Source: Octopus vulgaris
Lineage: Eukaryota
Assembly (NCBI GenBank): GCA_951406725.2
Contig: OX597814.1
Span: 98,022,001 to 98,086,000, forward strand
DNA: 64,000 nt
Reading direction: 5' to 3'
Made by a program: the position numbers and the translations under genes. How positions within the stretch are numbered: the stretch's first letter is position 1; every line of letters begins with the position of its first letter. Under the pieces are notes generated by a model, which did no database searches, was not told where the DNA came from, and worked only from the letters and a program-made list of their open reading frames with translations. Shown here piece by piece: positions 39,508 to 51,975 of this stretch.

Positions 39508-39838
39508 TTCCTGTTATTATGGGAAGCGCACATCAATAGAGGCACATGCGTCTATTAAATTGCTCGTTCTAAACTATTCAAATCACTGCGCAGACTCAGA
39601 ACGTACCCGACAAAATAGGGTTTTCTGGTATATCGTCTAACGCTCAAAAATTTATCGAGAAAATACGTAAACAAAGTCAAATGCGATACAATAAAATTAA
39701 TTATTATCGCTGGTGTTCTAGGACACGCCATATATTATTCATATATAAGTACATTAAAAGGCGAAGTGTGTACTAGATACACAAAAGCTGGATAAATTTA
39801 ATGAGATGAAAATTAAAAACTTTTACAAACTTAGTTCT

Positions 39839-39911
39839 TCTTAGACTGCAGTTTCGCCTATTTCAGCAATAAAAATAATATTTATTTACTCAGGTAGGCT
39901 CTTCAGTAAGA
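39839..39911 (-). ncRNA. Intact type I hammerhead ribozyme
   Basis: TCTTA CTGAAGA GCCTA [34 nt AT-rich loop] TAGGC GAAA CTGCAG TC TAAGA. Confidence 0.92.
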
Positions 39912-40087
39912 TTCCTGTTATTATGGGAAGCGCACATCAATAGAGGCACATGCGTCTATTAAATTGCTCTTTCTAAACTATTCAAATCACTGCGCAGACT
40001 CAGAACGTACCCGACAAAATAGGGTTTTCTGGTATATCGTCTAACGCTCAAAAATTTATCGAGAAAATACGTAAACAAAGTCAAATG

Positions 40088-40151
<64 letters not shown>

Positions 40152-40155
<4 letters not shown>

Positions 40156-40892
40156 GTAACAGAAAAGGAGAATTTCAGTTGTCCCCACGTGGTGGATTGT
40201 AATGTATATAAGAAAATAAAAACGGATAATACGCACACTTACATGGTTATTGTATAATTTTTAATGTATCGACCGGTTTCGCAATCGCTATTCATGATAC
40301 AATGTTTAATTTATATGAAAATACATTTTTCTTAAGAAGAAAATGGGTCCATGTTGTTTCTAATGAAATTCACGAGTGAATGATTTTACAAGTGGACAAG
40401 TAAAGGGAGGTAATTGGTTGTTATTATTGTTATTGTTGTGTGTAAGGGAGATAACTGTTCAGGTATACAGAAAAAGAAACAGGTTTAAAAAAAAGGGGCC
40501 TTGTTTAGTAGTGGATTTATGTACAATGATGTAATATGTAAAAATATACAAATTGGTTATGCGTGCTTATTAAGACGCGTTTTGTACTTTTCAATGAAGA
40601 AAGTTTCTTTATTTAAGCGTTCTAGTTGAGAGATTGTGTCTTTGCACTGGTAGAAAGGGAAGACTGTAAAATTTGGTTTGATGTTACCTACACATTTTTC
40701 TATGTGTTCACTAAGAGGAATTTGTCTGTATTGCGGGAAACAGATTTGCTCCTTATGTAGAGTGATTCTCTTCCTCAAAGTTAAACTCGTTTGTCCAATG
40801 TACTGATGACTGCAACCCGAGCAGGTTATTACATAAATTAGGTTCTCAGAGGCACAGGTGAAACTAGTTTTAATTGTGAACCTCTGTCCTTG

Positions 40893-40893
<1 letters not shown>
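40152..40893 (-). mobile_element. Penelope-like element 3' fragment (GIY-YIG endonuclease plus tail) between (TA)n runs
   Basis: FTCASENLIYVITCSGCSHQYIGQTSLTLRKRITLH...RLNKETFFI...LN. Confidence 0.9.
40266..40300 (-). ncRNA. Variant or decayed minimal hammerhead in PLE tail
   Basis: GTATC aTGAAtA GC gatt GC GAAA CCGG TC GATAC: stems intact, two core changes. Confidence 0.68.
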
Positions 40894-40984
<91 letters not shown>

Positions 40985-41717
40985 GAACGAAGTGAGACAA
41001 ACGCAGATAGCAATTAGGAATTAACATCTACTTTAATGTTGGACAAGGCTGAGATCGTCTATTTTAGAGCAAAAATAAAACTTTAGCAATCGAATGATCG
41101 CTCGAGCATATCACACACACGCAAAAAAATTATTATACAATGTTACTAATACCATCAACAATAACTACAACAATCACAACGACGACGACAACAACAACAA
41201 GCAACAACTCTATCAATCATCATCATCGTCATCATCCTCATCAATCATCATCATCATCATCATCATACATACATACATACAGCCAACAAAATTTCTCGCC
41301 AGAATGTTAACTGCCCACTTAGTGCTAGACGAAATGTGGCTAAGCTATTTTGAAAAAAAAAAAAACAAATGAAGAAAAATCAAAAACAAACGATTGCTGT
41401 GAGAATAGTGGAGTACCGGAATAATTTGAAGCATAAATTAACTTGTTTGAAACACGGACATGTTGGAATCGTGCCACGTATAAAACTACACTGTTCCCCC
41501 CAGACTATTCTTCATAAACAACGCTCCACTCATAAATAAATTACTTACTCAACAACACGATAAAGAACAACATCAAATGACGACAAGCAAATTGCTTCTT
41601 AGTTCGCCAAGTCTATGCAGAGCCTAAGATTACCGAGAAATTGAAACTTCTCGAAAATGGCGCTGCACGTATGTCATTCATGTTGCATACTCTTTTAAAT
41701 TTATATCTACACGACAT

Positions 41718-42137
41718 CTTTTTCTTGTTTCAGCCATTAGACTGTGGTCATGCTGGGGCACCGTCTTGAAGAATTTCATTCGAATGAATCGATCCCGGTA
41801 CCATTTTAAAGCCTGCTACTTATTCTATCGATCTCTATTGCCGAACCACTAGGTTAGTGAGACGTAAGCACACCTACAATGGTTGTCAAGCAGCAGTGGA
41901 GACATGCACATACGCGTAGACACACACGCGCGCGCGCGCGCACACACACACACACACATATATATACGATGGGCTTCTTTCAGTTTCTGTCTACCAAATC
42001 CACTGACAGCTCTTTAATCGGCCCGAGGTTGAGGCTATAAAAGAAGACACTTGTCTAAGATGCCACGCAGTGTGTCTGAACTCGGAATCGTGTGTTTGAG
42101 AAGTAAGCTTTTTACCACACAGCTACGCCTGTGCCTA
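41718..42137 (-). mobile_element. SINE family A
   Basis: Full head to tail similarity. Confidence 0.85.
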
Positions 42138-42479
42138 ATTGGCCACACCTACACAAAAAATAGACACTAACTCAATATCCCCACTATTACACACCACTGC
42201 ACAACCATATCGATAGTTAACTTGGCCAATATTTCCCAAACTTCTTAGCTTCAGGTACCCTAGAAATAATTACCACAATAATCGTTTTCGTAGCTTTATT
42301 AATCTTTGTCTTTCATAAGTTAAATAATCTGACAATGGTAGTCTCTCGTTGTCCCAGTAAGACGGTTCAGCAATTTTTTGCTGAACAACCTGCAGAAGTG
42401 ATTTGTTTATAGTCATCAAATGTTTTTTGCTGTACATTAGCTCTTTCCCTCCACCAAATCGATGTTGGCTGAACAAGTG

Positions 42480-42635
42480 CACGGTGTACTACATCTCCAG
42501 GTGTCGAAGTAATCGCAGAGCAACGCGAGATGAAGTGTTTTGCCCACTAAGACAACGCACCTCCCGGTTCAGGAATTGAAACCACAATCTTGTGACCGTG
42601 AACAAAACACCCTAATTACTAGGCAATGCGCCTTT
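42480..42635 (-). mobile_element. SINE family C head
   Basis: ggcgcattgcctagtaattagggtg...ggtttcaattcc. Confidence 0.7.
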
Positions 42636-43143
42636 AACATTAAATATCCTAAGGTATGCTTTACATACATGTTTTCTCATAACTGGTTTATTATGTCTTT
42701 ATTAATATTTGTCTTTTGTAAAGTTAAATTTCTTAAGGTAAAGGTTGCATATATACTTTCTAATAACTGATTTAAGCAAGAAATAAAATGTACCTCGTCG
42801 TTCAGCCAGCTCTCTATCTAAATGCCATTAAACTTCTCGATCGGAGCTGACCTGGGATTACACAGCAATAAAAACAACGAAAAACACAAAAGCCTGCACT
42901 CCACATCATCGTAGTTTGGGTATAAATTTTCACGTATACCAACCTCTCTCTCAACATCAGGAAATAGCACACTGGCATGACAAAGGTTATTTGCGGTAGG
43001 CAGTGAATATACTCTTGAGGTCCTCCACCTCTTCATTAACAGGAATGATAAGCTTGAGGAAATTTTGCAACTCTTCACAGCTGTGCTTCTACCCGAACAT
43101 CAGCTCGCAGTTTGTTGGAGCAGCAAATTCATGTCTTCATAAT

Positions 43144-43182
<39 letters not shown>

Positions 43183-43377
43183 AAACCAGTCAAAAAGTTA
43201 CCATTAATTTCTTATCAGTTATATGTCATACCCAGGAACATTCTATTCTACGATATGAAAGTTTAACTGCTCAAATTCCCTTTCAGAGTGTTCTTTTCTT
43301 CTGACTTATGGATAAGTAACCAATAAACTGAATATATATATATCAATATTAGTATTATACTTTTCTAGTTATTTATA

Positions 43378-43509
43378 TCTTTTGACGAGGCCTTTGGTTA
43401 TTTAAACATAGAAGTATAATTTTTAATGCCTAGAACTATATTACACTGGCATCTACGGGCAATATAAGTTGAATTGCCTCTTGACCATAGGTTGAAACAG
43501 CTGTAAGGA
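43378..43509 (+). ncRNA. Type I hammerhead-like motif with ~105 nt stem II domain
   Basis: TCTT tTGACGA GGCCTtTGGT...ACCAtAGGTT GAAA CAGCTG TA AGGA; C3 changed to U. Confidence 0.65.
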
Positions 43510-43835
43510 GCAGTTTATTTGTATTATTTTTATTATTATATTACATATTGATGTATATTGTTTTGTTCGATTTTGATGTTCCCATTTGTATAATTATAAA
43601 TAATGTGAAATCCGTAAGTTGATGATCGAAATGAATTTGTTTCTCCATTTTCTTATTTGTATTATGAATTTACTGTAAAAATATTTTTTACCTTCACCCA
43701 TTCAATACAATAAATGAATTAATTGCATTGCAATTAAAAGCATTTATGTATTTAGTATGTGGGTACCTTACCAGCAGTATATTGGATAACTGATATCCCA
43801 TAGTGGGTTACTTTCATAACCCCTATCTTACTTTG

Positions 43836-43878
<43 letters not shown>

Positions 43879-43879
<1 letters not shown>

Positions 43880-44246
43880 CGGGAAGCTTTATGAAAATAA
43901 ACAAAAGACGAAGGCAGGTGGAAAACAAACGAACAATTGTATTAGTATGGCGCTCAGGAAATATAAATAAAACAAGTCTTTAACGTTTCGAGCCTACGCT
44001 CTTCAACAGAAAGATACACAGAGAGAGAAAAACACAGAAAGAAGGAGAGAAAAAAATGCGTGCAGTAGCTAACGAATCAACATGGCGATCTGATTTTGGC
44101 CAGAGGTCAAAGATCAAACATGAGACGCGAGAGCGAAATAAGGGGAGATAATAGGGTTGATAAAAGGGTTGGGGGACCAGCTAATAGGGCGTAGGAGGGG
44201 TCTGGATGTGTGTATGTATAGGGTTGGTGTATGTATTAGTATGTAT

Positions 44247-44281
<35 letters not shown>

Positions 44282-46627
44282 AGAGAGTATTAGTGCGTAG
44301 GATTGGTCTGGACGTGCGTATGTATGGGGTTGGTGTATGTATTAGTATGTATTAGTATGTATTAGTACGTATTGGTATGTATAAGTGTGTGTGTGTGTGT
44401 ATGAGAGAGTATAAGTGCGTATGCGGGGTCTGGACGTGTGTATGTATTAGTATGTACTAGTATGTATTAGTAAGTACTAGTATGTATTAGTACGTATTAG
44501 TATGTATTAGTTGGTGTGTGTATTAGTATGGCACATCATATGTGATGTGATGTGTAAAGTCATGTGGTGTAGTGAGGAGAAGAGGGGGAGGGGGAGAAGA
44601 GGGGGAGAGAAGGGGAGGGGAAGAAGAGGGGGGAGAGGGGGAAGAGGAGAGGATGGGGGAGGAGGGGGATGAAGGAGGAAAGAGGGAGAGGGGGAGAGAG
44701 AAGGGGAGAGAGGGAGTGAGGGAGAAGAGGGAAGGGGAAGAGGGAGGGAGAAAGAGGGAAGAAGGGAAGGGGAGTAGGGGTGAAAGGATGAAGGACTGAA
44801 GAAGTAGGGGTCGGGGGGAAAGGATAGGTGAGGAGGGGGGAGAGGGGGGTTAGATGAGGAGGGGGAGAGTTGAGACCAAATGGCGTATAAGAGCGAAGAG
44901 AGAAGATTAATTCCTGTTCACGGCGCAAACGGGAATCCGGATGGCCTCTGTGTAAGGACAAACCGAACACAGATAGGTGTTGCAAGGAGTGACCGGTGGA
45001 GCGGAAATGGCGTGAGACCGGTGTGTCGTTCGCAAGGTGGATGTCACGAAGGTGTTCCGCGAACCGGTCAGCCAAGCGGCGTCCCGTTTGTCCGATGTAC
45101 AAGGAATTGCAGAGAGAGCAAGAGATGCAATAGATAATATTGCTGGAGGTGCAGGTGAAGGAGTGGATGATGGGATAGGGTCGATGGTGGGTGCTAGTGA
45201 GGCGGGTGGTGTTGGAGAGGTAAGGGCAAGTGCGGCAACGTGGGCGGGAGCAGGGGAACGAGCCGGGTTGGGAGGTAGGGTCAGGGAAGGAGCTATGGAC
45301 CAAAAGGTCTCGAAGGTTGTGGGCTCGTTTGAAAGAGGGAGGGGTCGGTTAGGGAAGAGGTGTGAAGTGGACGGGTCGGACTGGAGATGACGGAAAGCTC
45401 GAAGAATGGTGCGTTGGAGACGTAGGGTCGTGGGGTGGTAAGTGAGGGGAAAAGGGAGGCGGGAGACTACAGGGCGGGTTCGGGGAGAGAGAGCAGATAC
45501 ACGGTCCACGGACCGTGCTCTGGCAAGGGCGGTGTGGATAGTGGTGAGGGGGTATCCACGTAGGGTGAAGTGGTGAGCCATACGTTGAGACTGAGTCTCA
45601 AAGTCATGGTCGTCACTACAGAGCCTACGTAGACGGAGGAATTGGGAATAGGGGATGGAAAGCTTGGTGTGTTCTGGGTGGGAGGAAGAGAAGTTGAGGT
45701 ATGAGTGTGAGTCTGTGTGTTTGTAGTGAATGGAGGTGGTAAGAGTGGAGTGAAGAATGCTAACCGAAATGTCGAGGAAGGAGACAGAGGTGTTGGAGAT
45801 AGTGGAAGTGAAGTGGAGGGCTGGATGGAAAGATTGGACGAAAGAGAAGAAGGAATCTAGATGTTCGCGGGAGAGTGAGGTGGCACCGATAATGTCGTCA
45901 ATGTAACGACCATATAGTTCAGGAGTGGGACCAGTGAAATTAGAGAATATTTGGGCCTCAACATAGCCAACGAACAGGTTCGCATAGTTGGGGCCCATTC
46001 GCGTTCCCATGGCCACTCCCGAGACCTGATGGTAGAACTCGCCCGCGAACGAGAAGCAGTTCAGAGTAAGGACAAGTTCGGCCAGACGAATGAGTGTGGA
46101 GGTGTCAGGTACAGGGTTAGAGCGGAGGTCAAGAAAGTGTCGAAGGGCCTGCAGTCCTTCGTGGTGAGGGATAACAGTATAGAGGCTTTGGATGTCCATA
46201 GTAAAAAGGATTTTGGAGGAGCCGGGAGGAAAGGAGAAAGAGTTGAAAAGCCGGAGAGCATGGTTGGTATCGTGGATGTGGGAGGGAAGAGATGCCACTA
46301 GGGGGGCAAGGACACGGTCGAGGTATTTAGAGATGAGCTCCGTGGGGCAGTTACAGGCGGAGACGATGGGGCGGCCAGGGTTGTTGGGTTTGTGGATTTT
46401 GGGGAGGAAGTAAATGGTGGGGGTACGTGGGGTTCGCACAATTAGGTTGGATGCGGTGCGGGGGAGACGGGAGGACGAGATGAGGTCTTGGACAGTAGAG
46501 GATACCGTCTGTTGGTAGCTACGTGTGGGGTTAGAGGGCAGAGGGGAATAGAAGGAGGTGTCATTGAGTTGGCGGAAAGCCTCGGCCCTATAGAGGTCCG
46601 CGCGCCACATCACTACAGCTCCACCCT
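43879..46627 (-). mobile_element. Near-intact 5'-truncated Penelope-like element (Neptune-like): RT plus Cys linker plus GIY-YIG, HHR-bearing tail
   Basis: ORF 46613-44907 (FLPKIHK, GRPIVS, MDIQSLYT, GVAMGTRMGP, RYIDDI, FLD) and ORF 45303-44560 (CSRPRCRTC, IIYCISC..C..LYIGQT) joined by one frameshift near 45340; (TA)n on both sides. Confidence 0.96.
43977..44014 (-). ncRNA. Minimal type I hammerhead in PLE tail (CUGUUGA core variant)
   Basis: TCTTT CTGtTGA a GAGC gtag GCTC GAAA CG TT AAAGA. Confidence 0.78.
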
Positions 46628-46669
46628 TATATATATGTGTGTATGTATAAATATATATATAAATATATC

Positions 46670-46886
46670 ACATGATCCCGTGACCGCCAGACTGTTGTTA
46701 TACATCACTGATCACAATGAACTTTGCATCACCTTAGCCAACTTCCCCCATTAATCGAAAGAGGGACTTGAGCAACGCGAAATGAAATGTTTTACTCAAA
46801 AACACAACGCGCCGCCCGGTCTGGGAATCGAACCCACGATCTAGTGATCGCGAGTGCGACAGCCTAACCATTAGGCTATGCGCCTA
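46670..46886 (-). mobile_element. SINE family C
   Basis: ggcgcatagcctaatggttagg...gggttcgattccc head. Confidence 0.8.
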
Positions 46887-46910
46887 CACACACAAGCGCG
46901 CGCACTTATT

Positions 46911-46941
<31 letters not shown>

Positions 46942-48204
46942 GTGTGTGTGTGTGAGTGTGTGTGTGTCTCAAAGAAAGCCCTGACACATCTATCTACAAT
47001 ATCTCTTTACGAAAAGCTGGTGAGAAAATTCCATTCGAAATCAGTTAAAACATCCAGAAAAACTTATTGAAATCTCACACTACTTGTATCTTACTCTAAT
47101 GGTAGATTGCATATGTACTTGAAGATTATTGACACTTGATTACGTCATTATGCGTAACAGACCTAATCCTTTGTCTGGTTTAATAGTAGCCGCTTGTCTT
47201 TGTTTGCATTTGACAGTGTAGATTATTGCAAACATTAGTGCAAGTCTCCGGTCCGAGGGTAACTCGATATTTTAATGAACGTTGAGTCATACTGGAGCAA
47301 CCTATGATTCACAGAGCCAACTACAGAGACTTCTACTTGGTCGATCGACATCTAGAAATAGCAACCAAATCTCCCACATATCACACAGTACCGACTTAGA
47401 AAAAGTACGCAGTGAATGATGTAGCCCTGGAAGCATTTATGCTAGGGAAAAAGGACGGGGAAGACAGCTATGAAATACGCATGATCATAGTTTTGTTCGT
47501 CTGGAAGATATTTAGGGTTAAACAACAACGACTCATGAGTCACGGTTATCTCTCCTCGGTGGTTGCGCAAATGTCATGAACACGGCCTGTCTCTTATCTG
47601 ACTAAATTTTTAAGCATTTCAACGAATGTTGTAATGTTCAGGCAAAGAACAGTATTCATGTGACAGTATTCAACAAAATTAATGAGTAGAAAGGAAATAT
47701 AAAGCTTTTCTAAAATCTGGAGAATAAATGCAGTTTAACGTATGGTATGCAACTGTCACTATCAAAATTCTATAAATGGATCTTTTTTCTAATTGGAAAC
47801 AAGTCTTTATTTATAGAATGAATTAACACAAAGAAAAGAAAACAGCCAATTCACACACATACACACTCACATATGTATGTGTGTATGTATATATATATAT
47901 ATATATATAGATATATATATATATATATATACTTTACACACGCACACACACACACACACACAAGCATATATATAAGCGTGTGCACATACACAAACAAAAG
48001 ATGTCAAATTGAATGCTTAGCAGTATTCAGTCTCTCTCCACCTTGAATTCAAATCCCAAGCTGATCATCTCTTCCTCACACCCTTTCGGGGCTCATAGAT
48101 AAAGTAACAATTCAGGTTGCAGGATTGTTGGAATGCTTAAGAATCGGAGATGCCTTATAGAATCCATTTTGAGTTCAAATTCCGCTTCCTGTTATGGTGT
48201 GTGT

Positions 48205-49135
48205 CATCTGATTGGGCAGATACCAGCACGCATAAACAGATAATTTGTTTGATGATTTCTATCAAGAAGAGTCCGCGGTCTTGTTAGGTTCATTTGTTCG
48301 ATGGGATAGATTTAACTGAGGAGACACACAATAAGGTCGAAACCCTGTGGACTCTCAAACTCCCGTTACATCGGTGAATCGCATGTACTTCGAACATAGA
48401 ACGGGAGGAGCTGTTCTCTGAAGGTGAAGAACAAAAGCGATTAGATATTCACTTTCGAATCTACTAGAACGTATTAACAATGGATAAGTTATTGTTTGGA
48501 TGTCTGCTATTTTGTGTATACCCCACGAATAAGGTACTACTTAAGAAGAATGGTCCCGGTGCGCGCACTCGCGCATTCGCGCACTCGCGCATTCGCGCAC
48601 TCGCGCATTCGCGCACTCGCGCATTCGCGCAGTCGCGCATTCGCGCACTCGCGCACTCGCGTACTCGCGCATCCGCGCTAGCTAGTCGTGAGTAGTCGAT
48701 CCTTACTTTGTGTTTTTGTTTTATTTACTTTGCTTAAAAAAATTATTTACTTTCAGTAAAAAAATTATTTATTTTGAGTTTTATTTACTTTGCTAGGTAG
48801 TCGTTGTAGGATCGACTAGTCACGACTAGCTAGCGCGGATGTAGTACCATGAATCATAATCTGTTTGGCAGACATCCGTACGCATCAGCAAATAATTTGT
48901 TTACAGATTTTTATATAATTAGGAATCCGTATTCTTGTTAGATATATCGGTCAGACAGGGTACGTTTAACTGCCGAGACACACAATAAGGTCGAAATACC
49001 ACGTTGTCGCAAAATCCCCTCGCACCGATGAATCGCATGTTTTATGAAAAGCAGATCGTCTAAAGAGAGGAAGTGTTTTATGACGGAAAACACCAGCGAT
49101 TAGATATTCACATTCAAATCTGCCAGGACGTTTCA
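48205..49135 (+). repeat. Old direct repeat pair (~270 bp alignable) with hammerhead cores, split by a MITE
   Basis: tttaactg..gagacacacaataaggtcgaaa, tgaatcgcatg and agcgattagatattcac recur about 654 bp apart. Confidence 0.8.
48533..48848. mobile_element. MITE with inverted arms and an internal (CGCGCAYT)n array
   Basis: Ends ggtactac/gtagtacc; catccgcgctagctagtcgtga at 48670 inverts at ~48820-48841; 8-mer array 48562-48670. Confidence 0.75.
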
Positions 49136-49148
49136 AGAACGAACACAT

Positions 49149-49562
49149 AGGCGCAGGAGTGGCTGTGTGGTAAGTAGCTTGCTAACCAACCACATGGTTC
49201 CGGGTTCAGTCCCACTGCGTGGCATCTTGGGCAAGTGTCTTCTGCTATAGCACCGGGCCGACCAATGCCTTGTGAGTGGATTTGGTAGACGGAAACTGAA
49301 AGAAGCCTGTCGTATATATGTATATATATATATGTGTGTGTTTGTGTGTCTGTGTTTGACCCCCTAGCATCGCTTGACAACCGATGCTGGTGTGTTTACG
49401 TCCCCGTCACTTAGCAGTTCGGCAAAAAAGAGACCGATAGAATAAGTACTGGGCTTACAAAGAATAAGTCCCGGGGTCGAGTTGCTCGATTAAAGGCGGT
49501 GCTCCAGCATGGCCGCAGTCAAATGACTGAAACAATTAAAAGAGAGAGAAAGAGAAAGAGAA
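49149..49562 (+). mobile_element. SINE family A (young, full length)
   Basis: Near-identical to 2103-2523. Confidence 0.92.
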
Positions 49563-50475
49563 TACGTTATTACATGTAATTATTTGTTTATAGTTCAAAT
49601 ATATTTTTCAGTTTTGTAGTTCAAGTAAGTATATATTTGGAATTTATCTTTATTCATAAAAAAATAAAGAATATAAATAACAAATCCAGATGACACAACA
49701 AAGGGATCTTTGACTCAATGAGAAACCAGATACGTATGACAAGCAAATAACTTAGGACCAATACGAAATCGTATTTCTCATTAAACTTGGAAAACCCGAG
49801 AAGACTATATGATAACAGTCTAATGTACTGATTTAAGATATATAAAAAAAATAGCAATAAAGATAATTCTGGGTCCTTTTGTATAACATGGCAGTTTGAA
49901 CAAGTGTCTTCTTTTGTAGTCTCGGATTGACCGTTGTATTACGAGTGGAATTTGGTTGGCTGAAACTCTGTAGAAGTCCGTAGTGTACATACATACATAC
50001 ATACATACATACATACATACATACATACATACATACGTACGTACGTACATACAAAGATACATACATACGTACTACATACGTACGTACATACATACATACA
50101 TGCATGCATGCATACATACCTACATACATACATGCATACGTACGCGTGTGTGTGTGCGTGAATGCGTAAACCTTGCTTGAAACTAGTATTGTGTTCCTTC
50201 ATATCCCGTAACGTAGCGGGTTCGATAATGATAGAGAAGATCGATAAAATACATATCAGAGTATTTGATCGATCATATCGATCAAATTGGGGTCGTTGTG
50301 ATGGACTAGATCATTGAAGGCGGTGTACTAGTGAAGGAATAAAAGAATATATCGATTTCTTGCATGGGCAAAAGGCCACGAATTTTGGACCAGGTGGTGG
50401 AGATGGTGGTGGTGAAAGATGCGTTGGAAGGAAAGAAGGAAGAAGGAAGGAAGGAAGGAAAGGAAGCAGGAAGAA

Positions 50476-50520
<45 letters not shown>

Positions 50521-51031
50521 GTATGGAGGGGATAAAGAAGAAGAGCAGCAGGAGATAAGGAGAGGAAGGAGGCAATAAGGAAGAGAAATGGAGATGGCAG
50601 GGGAGGATTGGAGAAGGAGGAGGTAGACAAATATTGTCGGTTTTACTGAACCCAATATTTGAATGATACTTTATTAAAACAACTTCCGGAAGAATAAAAG
50701 CCAAAGGTGATCGTGATAGGATTCGAAATCATAACATGAAGAGTTGTAACGCTAAGTTTTCCAAAATATCTTGTTTGTCATTCTTGATGGATATACATTA
50801 AGTAGATGCGAAGGGAAAACTTTAAAGATGCGTTTTCAAGGTTTTATTCCATGTGTCAAGTAATGTAGAGTGGAATGGTTTCGCACGAAGCATATTTTCC
50901 ATCTGTTAGTATAACAACATGAAAAGAGTTGCACGAAGTGAATAGCGAATTAAAAATCATCTAAAAACATAAGCCAAATAAAGATGGGATTAAACATATA
51001 AAAAAGATATTGAAATCTTAGGCAGTATTCT

Positions 51032-51079
<48 letters not shown>

Positions 51080-51114
51080 CTTTAATTATATTTCATGACA
51101 GTAATTAATTTTTT

Positions 51115-51238
51115 CTACTCTAGGCACAAGGCCCGAAATTTTTGGGCAGTCAGTCGATTAAGTACCAGTTGCGTACTGGTACTTAATTTACCGACCCCGA
51201 AAGGATGAAAGGCAAAGTCGACCTTGGCGGGATTTGAA
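51115..51238 (-). mobile_element. SINE family B fragment
   Basis: gaaaggatgaaaggcaaagtcgacc core. Confidence 0.8.
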
Positions 51239-51298
51239 TGACAGTAATTTATTGGTAAAGATATGAATGCACTTGTATATGTGTGTGTGTATGTGTAT

Positions 51299-51764
51299 GT
51301 GCGAGTGGCTGTGTGGTAAGTGGCTTGCTTATCAACCACATGGTTCCACGTTCAGTCCCACTGCGTGGCACTTTGGGCAAGTGCTTTCTACTATAGCTTC
51401 GGGCTGACCAAAGTCTTGTGAGTGGATTTGGTAGACGGAAACCGAAAGAAGTCTGTTGTGCATATATATATATAATATGTGACAATTATTCGGAAGCCAT
51501 GATAAAACTCCGATTTTCGGATGTCAGGGCGGAAACCCACGCCGGCAACTCTTCAGCTATCGGGCCCGATAACTGAAGAGTTGCCGGCGTGGGTTTCCGC
51601 CCCGACATCCGAAAATCGGAGTTTTACCATGGCTACCGAATAATTGTCACATACTATATTTACAGATTCCTCAATTTACATAATATCGAATTCCTTTCAT
51701 TCTTTTGTTGTCTTGCCATTTCTATCAATATATACATGCACACACACACACACACACACATATG

Positions 51765-51817
<53 letters not shown>

Positions 51818-51975
51818 ATGTATGTATGTTTATGTGTCTGTGTTTGTCCCCCACCCCACCACCATCACTTGACAACCAATGTTGGCGTGTTTACCTTCCT
51901 GTAACTTAGCAGTTCGGCAAAAGAAATCGATAAAATAAGTACTAGGCTTACAGAGAGTAAGTTCTGGGGTCGATT

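Larger units (their letters stand above)
39358..40090 (-). mobile_element. Retrozyme-like tandem repeat, 404 bp period, bounded by (TA)n
   Basis: 39439-39687 is almost identical to 39843-40091; 39359-39413 repeats at 39713-39767. Confidence 0.88.

Noticed and set aside
41654-41680. aaaATGGCGCTGCACgtatgt as a CCT8-like start (MALHV) or YY1 promoter
   Set aside because: Similarity is five residues and no downstream plus-strand exons were found.
45037-46413. Plus-strand ORFs inside the Penelope element
   Set aside because: Antisense frames of a GC-rich RT gene.
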